A stretch of DNA of 32,000 nucleotides from positions 450,001 through 482,000 of the forward strand of contig NZ_CP065581.1 of assembly GCF_018389705.1 (NCBI RefSeq), in the 5' to 3' direction. Origin of the DNA: Mycoplasma mycoides subsp. capri (GTDB taxonomy: Bacteria > Bacillota_I > Bacilli_A > Mycoplasmatales > Mycoplasmataceae). Below the pieces are notes generated by a model, which saw only the letters and a program-made list of their open reading frames with translations, did not search any database and was not told the origin of the DNA. This document shows positions 21,970 to 30,514 of the stretch, piece by piece. Both the position numbers and the translations under genes were made by a program. Each line of letters starts with the position of its first letter. Positions within the stretch are counted from its first letter, which is position 1.

Positions 21970-23073
21970 TTAAATTAAAGGTTCGTTTAAGCTAACTAGT
22001 ACAGTTTTTTGATCTGATGGAATATTAATTCTAATAATCATTTCAGTTTCAACTTTAAAATTAATTCACCCTAATCCAGATATTGAAATATCATATCAAT
22101 TGTTTAAATGTTCTTTTGTAAATTTAAATTCATAAACTTGAATTTTTTCACTATTGTTTATATATGGAATTAAGTTTTTTCTATTATTATTTCAATACCT
22201 TATAACATTTTTAGTATTAGTTCTATGTAAGTTAATTTCTTTATTTGTATAAATATGAAAATTAGTTTTTTGATTAGATGAACTTAAATAATCAAATCAA
22301 CAAACTCCTGAAAAAAATATTGAATTATTAGGTGTTAATTGATAAGTAAATTGCTGAATTTCTTTTTTAAAATAACAATAACTTTGAAATCTTTTATTCA
22401 TTAAATTAGCAATACTGTTTTTTCTACTAACTCCAGCACTATCAAAAATAGTTGTATTTGTATCTAATTGAATTTCAATAAAATCTAAAGTAGTATTAAA
22501 ATATTTTGAAACAACTATACTTGGAATTAATTGATTTATTTCTAGCATTTTATTAATCAAACTAGATTTACCAACATTACTTGCTCCAATAAAGTATTGT
22601 TGGTTTTTATTATTTTTAATTACTTTGTTTAATAAAGGTTCAACTAAGTTAATCTTATTAGCACTAGTTAAAAAGATTTCTAAATTTTTTAAACAACTAG
22701 TTTTAAAGACATTATTAATATAATTTCTAATTTTTTCAAGTTTAATAGATTTTGGTAGTAAATCTATTTTATTAACTACTAAAATAACTTTAAAATCTTT
22801 AATTAAGTTTTCTATTTCTAATATTCTTGATCCAAATAAATCGAAAACATCTAAAACATAATAAAAAACTAAATCATTATTTTTATTTTCATTAACTAAT
22901 GTTGAAATTTTATTAATAAATTGTTGATCATTAATTTCACTATCTACTAATTGATTGTAGTTTTTAATTTTAAAACATCTTAAACAATAAGCGTGTTCAG
23001 TATCATTTACATAACCTTGTTCAAATTTATTTATTGTTTGTAATAAACTCCCACAACCTAAACATGATTTCAT
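21970..23073 (-). CDS. yqeH: Circularly permuted ribosome-biogenesis GTPase YqeH
   Basis: CxGC...CxRC zinc finger, VNKIDLLPKS, GASNVGKSSLINKML, DSAGV; TGA=Trp extends to 21970. Confidence 0.92.
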
Positions 23074-23081
23074 AAAAACTC

Positions 23082-24012
23082 CTAATCTTTTTTAATATAT
23101 TTATTATTAGTGTTCTTAAATTTAGAAAAAGCATAAATAAAATCTATTAAATATAAAATCTTTAAAACATCATTAAAACAATGAGTTTTTGCTAATTTCA
23201 CACTTTTATTTAAAACTTTAAATTCATCTATACTTATTTTATCTAGTGAAAATAATTTTAAAGCATTACAACAACTTAAATAAATATCTTCAGTATCATT
23301 TAAATTATTATCATTAAAAATATCTTTAGCATAATCAATGAATTTTCTTAAACTAGGAATTGTAATTGTATTTTCTCCTATTCAGCCTTTTTGAATGTTT
23401 TTAGGATTATAAAATTGTTGATTTTGATTATCTAAATTAACAAATGACAAATGATTTAACACTTGATAAATATCTAAACTATTAATTCTATATTCATTAG
23501 TAGTTTTATCTAATATAAATAAATCGGATTTTTTATTTTTTAATAAATTCTTATTTTCATTTACTCAAGATTCAATAATCTTTTTATCATTACTTTGTCC
23601 AGCAAAAATAATGGTTTTAATTTTTTTATTAATACACATATTAATAAAGCTCTTTTTTAACAAATTATATTGTTTAAAAAAGTCATAAGTTTTATCATTA
23701 TAATTTCTTTTTATAGCTAATGATTTAATTGCTTTGCGATTAATTCTGTTATAAATTTCTTCTAAGTTTTTTGCAAATGAGTATTGTAAAATATAAACTA
23801 AATCTTTTTGAGTATCATTATATAAAGTTGGTTGAATTTCTTCTTTATTATGACTTTTGTTAAAAAACTCAGTATCAACAATTATTGCTGGTCAATTAAT
23901 TTGGTTTAGTATTTTAGTAATTTCTTTTTTGTTAATATAAAAGTATTGATATTTGTTTAAATAGTATTTTTCATTTTCAACGATAATTTTATTAAAATTC
24001 ATCTTTATCATC
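23082..24012 (-). pseudogene. Apparently frameshifted ORF, DEDD-exonuclease-like (KapD/ERI-like) hypothetical protein
   Basis: Minus frame open from 23957 down to TAG 23084-23082 but without ATG/GTG/TTG start before motif IIVDTEFF; the start MIKMNFNKIIVENEKYYLNKYQYF (ATG 24012) is in a different frame; removing one base in the A5 tract 23939-23943 joins them. Confidence 0.6.
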
Positions 24013-24077
24013 TTTTCTATTTATAATAATATCAAAATATGATATTTAATATATTGTTAAAATAAGAAAAGGTAAAT

Positions 24078-24887
24078 ATGTCAAAAGAACTTACAGTTAG
24101 TCAATTTTTTTTAGTGACAGTTCAACAACATTTAATTAATAACTTATTAGAAGAAAATAAAAAGAAATCATCTAAAAATAAAACAACAAAATCAAAAATC
24201 AAAGTTTATACTAAAACAAATATAACTTCTTTAATTGATAAATACCCACTTAGATTTCAAGAAATGATCTATGATCTTTTTGATATAAATAATTGAAGTG
24301 AATTAAAAGAATTTTTAAATTTTAGAAATGAAGAAATTAAAAATGAAATGACACCACCATCTTTAATAACTTCACAAAATAATCCTGAAAATTTAGAAAT
24401 TGTTGAACAATTAAAAGAACTAGTAAATTTAATGACAAGCATTAATCTTTTATCACTTACTTATGAATCTTTAGATGACATTGAATATTTATTTCCTAAA
24501 TTAGGTGAAAATGAATTAATAAAAAACGTTAATACTGAAGATATTTCTTATTTATTTGATAATCTTTTAAATAAATTAATTGAAAGTGTAAAAGAAGAAT
24601 ATTTAAAATATTTTGATGAAGACCAACAAGATATTTTATTGTTATTTGATAGTATAAAATCAACTAACATATCACTTGTTAAAAAAACACTATTAGATAA
24701 ACTTTTTAAATATTTTGAAAATAAAAAAATAGAATTTTCTGATAGTTTTATGTCTGATTTTTTATACGGAAATCCTGAAAAATTAATTGCTGGATATAGA
24801 ATTGTAAGAAATCTAATTAGAATTGATTTTTTAATTAGTTTATCTGATTTTATTCTTCTTTATATGGCTGAAATTATTAAAAAATAA
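24078..24887 (+). CDS. Hypothetical acidic protein, 269 aa
   Basis: Two track ORFs joined by TGA=Trp; start preceded by agaaaagg. Confidence 0.7.
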
Positions 24888-24902
24888 AATTTTTAAATTA
24901 AT

Positions 24903-26261
24903 TTAGTTTGTTTTTATTCCTTTAACTCTTGAAGCATAATATAAAGCTCCTCCAATAGTTGGATGAGTATAAACAGTTTTTTGTAGTGTAGAAAAACTTA
25001 ATTTTTGTTGCATAAATAATCCAATTTGGTTAATTAAAATATTAGCATTTTCTATCATCATAAAACATCCTAAAATTTTTTCAGTTTGTTTTGAGACTAG
25101 AAATTTAATAAACGAATATTCATTAACAATTCCATCAGCATGAGCTCTAGGAAGAGCTTTTGAATTAATCATAATTGATTCAAATTCAATATTTTGTTCT
25201 TTTAGTTGTTGTTCAGTTAAACCAATTCCAGCAATTTCAGGATTTAAATAAATTGCTCAAGTTACTAAATTTTTATCAAATTTTTCATGATTAGTTTTTA
25301 AAATATTTCTAGCTACAATATCTCCTGTTTTATAAGCAACAGATGATAATAAAGTTAAGCCAGTAATATCACCAATTGCATAAATATTATCAAAATTAGT
25401 TTTCATAAATTCATCAACTATTACAAAACCATTTTTATCTTTTTTAATATCAAGATTAATAAATGATTCGTTATTTGGAACTCTACCTACAGCTAATAGA
25501 ATTTTTTCACTTTCAATAAAACTATCATTATAAAATACTTTATTATTATCAATTTTTTTAATATTTGCATTTTCAATAACTTTAATTTGTTTTTCATTAA
25601 AGTATTGTTTTACACCTTTTTGAATATCAATATCAAATCTTAATAAAAAATTGGTATTAGTTAAAATAGTAACTTTTGATCCTAAAGTATTATATAAATA
25701 TGCAAATTCTAACGAAATAGGTCCATCTCCAATAATTGTTAGTGAGCTTGGGACATTTTCTAAAAATAAGGCTTGATCTGAATCTAATAAATATCCATTT
25801 TTTTGTGATTGTTCTAGTCCTTCTAAATTAATAATTTTTGCTCTAGTTCCTGTTGCTAGTACTAATTTATCAAAACTAATAATTTGATCATTTATTTTAA
25901 TAGAATTTTTATCTAGAACTTCGCCAACACCTTTAAAAAAACTAATCTGATTTAACTCAATTTGGTTTTTTATAGAATTGTTAAAAAACTTTTTATTATC
26001 AAGTCTTCTTTGTTGCATTTTTTTAAAATCAAATGAAATATTATCTGCATTAATTCCAAATTTTTCACTATTTTTAACTAGTTCAAAAACTTTAGCTGAT
26101 TTAATTAAAGTTTTAGTAGGAACACATCCTTTATTTATACAAGTTCCACCTAAATCTTCTTTTTCAATCAAAGCAACTTTTTTATTATTTAAACTTAAAA
26201 TATTTGCTAAACTATAACCACCAGGTCCTGCACCTAAAACTACTACATCAAATTTTTGCAT
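24903..26261 (-). CDS. Pyridine nucleotide-disulfide oxidoreductase (dihydrolipoamide dehydrogenase-like)
   Basis: VVLGAGPGGYSLA, GGTCINKGCVPTKTL, TIIGDGPISLEFAYLYN, YAIGDITG, HPTIGGAL; TGA=Trp joins to 24903. Confidence 0.9.
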
Positions 26262-26337
26262 AACTACTCCTTTAATGTTTATCTTATTTAATATCTTAAT
26301 TTAAATATAAAAATATTAGGATTTTTAAATGTTTAAA

Positions 26338-27261
26338 TTAAAAGTTTTGTATATATTTTAAACCTTTATAAGTAATTTCTCTTCCTTTAATTGTTCTAAT
26401 AATTAAACTTTCTCTTATTAAAAAAGGTTCTATATTATTTGCAATAATTAAAGGAGTTGTATTTAATAAATGTGCTATGTTATCTAATCCAATTCTTTTA
26501 TTTTTAGCAATCATTTTTAAATAATTAATTTCAGTTATTGTTAAACCTAGTTCATAAATTTCTAGTTTCTCTAATACTTTTTTAATGTAATTAATATCAA
26601 TTATTTTAGGATTATCACAAATGATGTGATCTTTAATTCTTTTAATTAAATTAATAGCAATTCTTGGAGTTTTTCTACAAAAACTAGCTAAATATAAATA
26701 AATATCTTGATCAAGTTTAATTTGAAATTTATTACAATATAATTCAACAATTTTACTCATATCTTCTAAATTATATTCTTGCATTGTGAAATTAATTGGA
26801 AATCTATTTAACAAAGGTAAAGGAATTTTATTAATCTCAGTAGTAGCACAAATAATTGTAAATTTAGGTAAATCAATATTTACAACTTTAGAATTATAGT
26901 CTTTACCAATAATAATATTTAGTTTATTTTCTTCTAATACTGGATAAATAATTTCTAAAACTTCTTTATTAACTGCATGAATTTCATCAATAAATAAAAC
27001 ATCTTTTTCTTTAATACTAGTTAGAATTGAAATAATATCACTAGCTTTTTGTAAATTAGGACCATTTAAAATTCTAATGTTTGTTTTTAATTGTTTTGCT
27101 AATAAATAAGCTAAACTAGTTTTTCCATACCCACTTGGTCCATAAATAAAAATATGATCAACAACTTTATTTTGTTTTTTTGCAGATTTAATAAAGACTT
27201 TTAAATTATCTAAAATATTAGTCTGACCAATATATTCTTCTCATTTTTCAGGTCTAAACAT
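26338..27261 (-). CDS. ruvB: Holliday junction branch migration helicase RuvB
   Basis: MFRPEKWEEYIGQTNILDNLKVFIKSAKKQ, GPSGLGKTSLAYLLAKQL, LFIDEIHAVNKEVLEILYPVLEE. Confidence 0.94.
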
Positions 27262-27277
27262 AAAAAACTTCTTTCTA

Positions 27278-27838
27278 TTAGTTATATAAATAACTTAATT
27301 GTTCTAATACATATTTAGTTAAATCTTCAATACTCATATTTTCATCTATACTAATAATGATTTTATAAATGTCTTTAGTTTTATAACCTAGTTTTTCTAA
27401 ACTTGTAATCACTTTGTTTTTCTTATCACTAATTTTGTTATTAAATAATTCCTTTTGTACACTATTAATTATTAGTCTTGCTGTATAACTTCCAATTCCT
27501 TTTAGTTGTAGTATTTTATCAGTTCTTCCATTTTTAAAAATATCAATTAGTTCATTATAGTTATAATTTTCTAAAATCAAAAAAGCAGTTTTTTCTCCAA
27601 TTGTATTAATATTTATTAAAAGTTCAAAAAGATCTCTTATTAATTGATTTTTAAACCCATAATATTTAAAAACATTATCAATTACATTAATTGCAACATA
27701 TACTTGATTATTTTGATTTAGTTTAAGATCTTTAAGATCACTTTTTAAATATAAAAATCTATACCCAGAATTATTTGATTCAATATATAAATACTTATCA
27801 TCAATTTTATGTAATAAACCATTGATATAATCGTTCAT
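27278..27838 (-). CDS. ruvA: Holliday junction branch migration protein RuvA
   Basis: Adjacent to ruvB; LFELLININTIGEKTAFLIL and LQLKGIGSYTARLIINSVQKEL helix-hairpin-helix motifs. Confidence 0.85.
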   Translation of the reverse strand: MNDYINGLLHKIDDKYLYIESNNSGYRFLYLKSDLKDLKLNQNNQVYVAINVIDNVFKYYGFKNQLIRDLFELLININTIGEKTAFLILENYNYNELIDIFKNGRTDKILQLKGIGSYTARLIINSVQKELFNNKISDKKNKVITSLEKLGYKTKDIYKIIISIDENMSIEDLTKYVLEQLSYLYN

Positions 27839-27902
27839 AATCTCACCTCATATAAGTATTAGAAAAAAATATTTAAAAGTAACTAAATATTTAAAAAAGT
27901 AT

Positions 27903-27927
27903 AAAAAAAGAGTCATTAAAGACTCTT
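27903..27927 (-). terminator. Terminator of rpsU
   Basis: aaaaaaagagtc attaaa gactctt (U tract on the minus transcript). Confidence 0.75.
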
Positions 27928-27946
27928 AATTATAAATTATTAACCA

Positions 27947-28111
27947 CTATTTGTATTTACGGTTTTGTTTTTGTTTGTAAATACGTTTTTCTTTTTTGCT
28001 TAAGTGGTATTCACGTTTTCTAGCTTCTGCTTTATTTGATGAAGCAACTTTTTGAAAGCGTTTTAATGCTTTTTCAATTGTTTCTCCATCATGAACAATA
28101 ACACTTGCCAT
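27947..28111 (-). CDS. rpsU: 30S ribosomal protein S21
   Basis: MASVIVHDGETIEKALKRFQKVASSNKAEARKREYHLSKKEKRIYKQKQNRKYK; track start is six codons upstream. Confidence 0.93.
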   Translation of the reverse strand: MASVIVHDGETIEKALKRFQKVASSNKAEARKREYHLSKKEKRIYKQKQNRKYK

Positions 28112-28196
28112 TAACTTTTTCAACTCCAATTCAATACAAAAATAATTATATCTTAAGTTGTTAAAAAAATAAAGACTTTTAATGTTTTTGTGTTGG

Positions 28197-28514
28197 AATT
28201 TTTAATAATTTTTCAAATTACTTTTTTAAATAAAAATAGATTTTATTAGTAAATAAGTAGTATATTTACTATTTTTCTACTTTATAAACGGTCACTATTA
28301 TACCATATTTTCATTAACATATTGCATTATATATATATATATATAATGAATGTATGTTATATATGTTTGGATTTGTATATAACAAGTATTTTTAAAGTTT
28401 TTATAAGGAGATATTAAATTGAAAAAATTATTAACTATTTTAAGTTCATTTGGTTTAATTGCTACAACTGGTGCTAGTGTAGTAGCTTGTAAAAATGATC
28501 AATCAAATTCTTTA
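28197..28514 (+). repeat. Direct repeat copy 1: promoter, 5'UTR and signal-peptide region of lipoprotein gene
   Basis: aatttttaataatttttcaaattacttttttaaataaaaatagattttattagtaaataag... nearly identical to 28924-29248. Confidence 0.9.
28322..28347 (+). promoter_or_regulatory. Candidate promoter with (TA)n spacer, copy 1 (14-nt spacer)
   Basis: TTGCAT (28322-28327), 14 nt of TA repeat, TATAAT (28342-28347). Confidence 0.65.
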
Positions 28515-28850
28515 TCATCTAGTGAAGAAGAAAATAAAAATTTAGGTTCTGCTCCAATAGAAGAGAAGAAAGAAGAAAATACTGATATAAACAAAGAAAA
28601 AGAAAAATTCAAAAATCAAATAGCAGTATTAACTGAAAAAGAAAAACAAGCAGAAAATTTATTAGAAACTATTAAAAAAGGTGTTGAAAAAGTAAATAAT
28701 TTATCTAATGAAGATAAAGAAAAGCAAAAACATAATTTAGAAACATTAAATACACAAAAACGTGAAGTTGAGAAACAATTAGAAACAATAAAGGTAACTA
28801 AAAAAGATTTAGAATTGAAATTAAACAAGTTAGAGAGTAATAATTCATAA
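28419..28850 (+). CDS. Small variable-type surface lipoprotein, Vmm/Vmc-like paralog 1 (TTG start)
   Basis: MKKLLTILSSFGLIATTGASVVACKND lipobox; coiled-coil C-term; RBS aaggag. Confidence 0.82.
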   Translation: MKKLLTILSSFGLIATTGASVVACKNDQSNSLSSSEEENKNLGSAPIEEKKEENTDINKEKEKFKNQIAVLTEKEKQAENLLETIKKGVEKVNNLSNEDKEKQKHNLETLNTQKREVEKQLETIKVTKKDLELKLNKLESNNS

Positions 28851-28923
28851 TCTAATTTATTTAATAAAAAACTTTATAAAAATATAGATCTATTTATTTT
28901 TTGTATGTAAATAGCTTTTTTTA

Positions 28924-29248
28924 ATTTTTAATAATTTTTCAAATTACTTTTTTAAATAAAAATAGATTTTATTAGTAAATAAGTAGTATATTTACTATTT
29001 TTTCTACTTTATAAACGGTTGCTATTATACCATATTTTCATTTACATATTGCATTATATATATATATATATATATATAATGAATGTATGTTATATATGTT
29101 TGGATTTGTATATAACAAGTATTTTTAAAGTTTTTATAAGGAGATATTAAATTGAAAAAACTATTAACTATTTTAAGTTCATTTGGTTTAATTGCTACAA
29201 CTGGTGCTAGTGTAGTAGCTTGTAAAAATGATCAACCGAATTCTTTAC
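28924..29248 (+). repeat. Direct repeat copy 2
   Basis: Near-identical to 28197-28514, differing mainly in TA tract length. Confidence 0.9.
29049..29078 (+). promoter_or_regulatory. Candidate promoter with (TA)n spacer, copy 2 (18-nt spacer)
   Basis: TTGCAT (29049-29054), 18 nt of TA repeat, TATAAT (29073-29078). Confidence 0.65.
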
Positions 29249-29586
29249 AACCTAAAGAAGAAGAAAACGAAGGTTTAACTTCTAGTGGAGAAGAAAATAC
29301 TAATTCAAACAAAGAAAAAGAAAAAGAAGCTGAAAAAGCTAAACTTAAATCTCAAATAACAGTTTTAGAGGGTGAAGTTAAGAGAGCTGAAAAATTATTG
29401 AAAGATATTGAACAAGGCATTCAAACAGTAGAAAAACAAAAAGAACCAGAAAAATTTAAGGAAAACTTAGAAAAGCTAAAGGCACTAAAACCTGAAATTG
29501 AAAAACAATTAGAAACAGCTAAGGTAACTAAAAACGAATTAGAAACAAGATTAAGAGCTTTAGAAAGCGATGTTTCAACTAGTTAA
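29152..29586 (+). CDS. Small variable-type surface lipoprotein, paralog 2 (TTG start)
   Basis: MKKLLTILSSFGLIATTGASVVACKND; same architecture as paralog 1. Confidence 0.82.
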   Translation: MKKLLTILSSFGLIATTGASVVACKNDQPNSLQPKEEENEGLTSSGEENTNSNKEKEKEAEKAKLKSQITVLEGEVKRAEKLLKDIEQGIQTVEKQKEPEKFKENLEKLKALKPEIEKQLETAKVTKNELETRLRALESDVSTS

Positions 29587-29772
29587 TTAAATTTAATTAA
29601 ATAGAAGTTTAATAGGTTTTGTTTTTTACAAATATAATGGGTATTGGTTTTAATATCACAAACATTTATATATTTACATACCATCTTATTAAAAATAAAA
29701 ATCTTAAAAACAGTAATATTTATATAAAATTCGTATGAAATTTTATATAAATAATAAATTAATAATGAAACA

Positions 29773-29799
29773 AAGGCTTGGATAATTTCCGAGCTTTTT
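29773..29799 (+). terminator. Terminator-like hairpin upstream of paralog 3
   Basis: aaggcttggataatttccgagcttttt; shares 21 nt with the terminator at 30469. Confidence 0.7.
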
Positions 29800-29907
29800 A
29801 TTATGATTTCTTACTAATTAATAAGTAATAAAACAAGCTATTTTTATAAATATTTCTTTCAAAATATGAAAGAAAAACGCTAATCTTATCATATTTAAAT
29901 TTGTATA

Positions 29908-29935
29908 TTGACATTACAAACATTCTATATATAAT
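29908..29935 (+). promoter_or_regulatory. Promoter of paralog 3
   Basis: TTGACA (29908-29913), 16 nt, TATAAT (29930-29935). Confidence 0.75.
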
Positions 29936-30003
29936 GCACTCTGTTATATATGTTTTGAATCGTATGTAACAAGTATTTTATTTTTTAATAAGGGGTGTGT
30001 AAA

Positions 30004-30441
30004 ATGAAAAAGTTAATTACAATTTTAAGTTCATTTGGATTAGTTATTACAACTGGTACAACTGCAGTTGCTTGTAAGAATAATCAACCAAGTAGTTTGA
30101 AACCTACAACAGAAGATCAAAATACAAGTTTAACTTCTACTCCAGAAAATAACGGATTAGAAAATACAGATTCAATTCAAAATAAAGAAGAAGAATTAAC
30201 AAAAGTTAGAGCTCAACTAGCGCAATTAGAAGATGCTGAACAAAAAGCTAAAAAAATATTAGGACAAATTGATGAAGGTAATAAGAAAGCAAATGAAACA
30301 TCTGAAAAAGAAAAAATTAAAAACGATGTAGAAAAATTAAATGCACAAAAATTAGAAGTTGAAAATGCACTTAAAAAAATAAAAGAAATTAAACAACAAC
30401 TAGAATCTAAATTAAAAACCTTAGAAGGAAAAAACAACTAA
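30004..30441 (+). CDS. Small variable-type surface lipoprotein, paralog 3 (ATG start)
   Basis: MKKLITILSSFGLVITTGTTAVACKNNQPSS lipobox; RBS aagggg; coiled-coil C-term; track ORF start at 29995 is an upstream GTG. Confidence 0.82.
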   Translation: MKKLITILSSFGLVITTGTTAVACKNNQPSSLKPTTEDQNTSLTSTPENNGLENTDSIQNKEEELTKVRAQLAQLEDAEQKAKKILGQIDEGNKKANETSEKEKIKNDVEKLNAQKLEVENALKKIKEIKQQLESKLKTLEGKNN

Positions 30442-30468
30442 ACTTAATCTATTTTTTCTAATTAAAAA

Positions 30469-30500
30469 CAAAGGCTTGGATAATTTCCAAGCCTTTTATT
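30469..30500 (+). terminator. Terminator after paralog 3
   Basis: acaaaggcttgga taat ttccaagccttttatt. Confidence 0.85.
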
Positions 30501-30514
30501 ATATTAATTTTTTT

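Noticed and set aside
25978-26217. 79-aa plus ORF
   Set aside because: Antisense shadow of the flavoprotein disulfide reductase.
28328-28345. TA-repeat tracts considered as microsatellite noise
   Set aside because: They lie precisely between -35-like and -10 elements of paralogous genes, so the simple-noise interpretation was rejected in favour of phase variation; not a CRISPR or tandem-gene repeat.
28616-28828. 70-aa minus ORF (and the similar one at 30213-30437)
   Set aside because: Antisense of the coiled-coil parts of the lipoprotein paralogs; the mirror ORFs arise from periodic codon composition.
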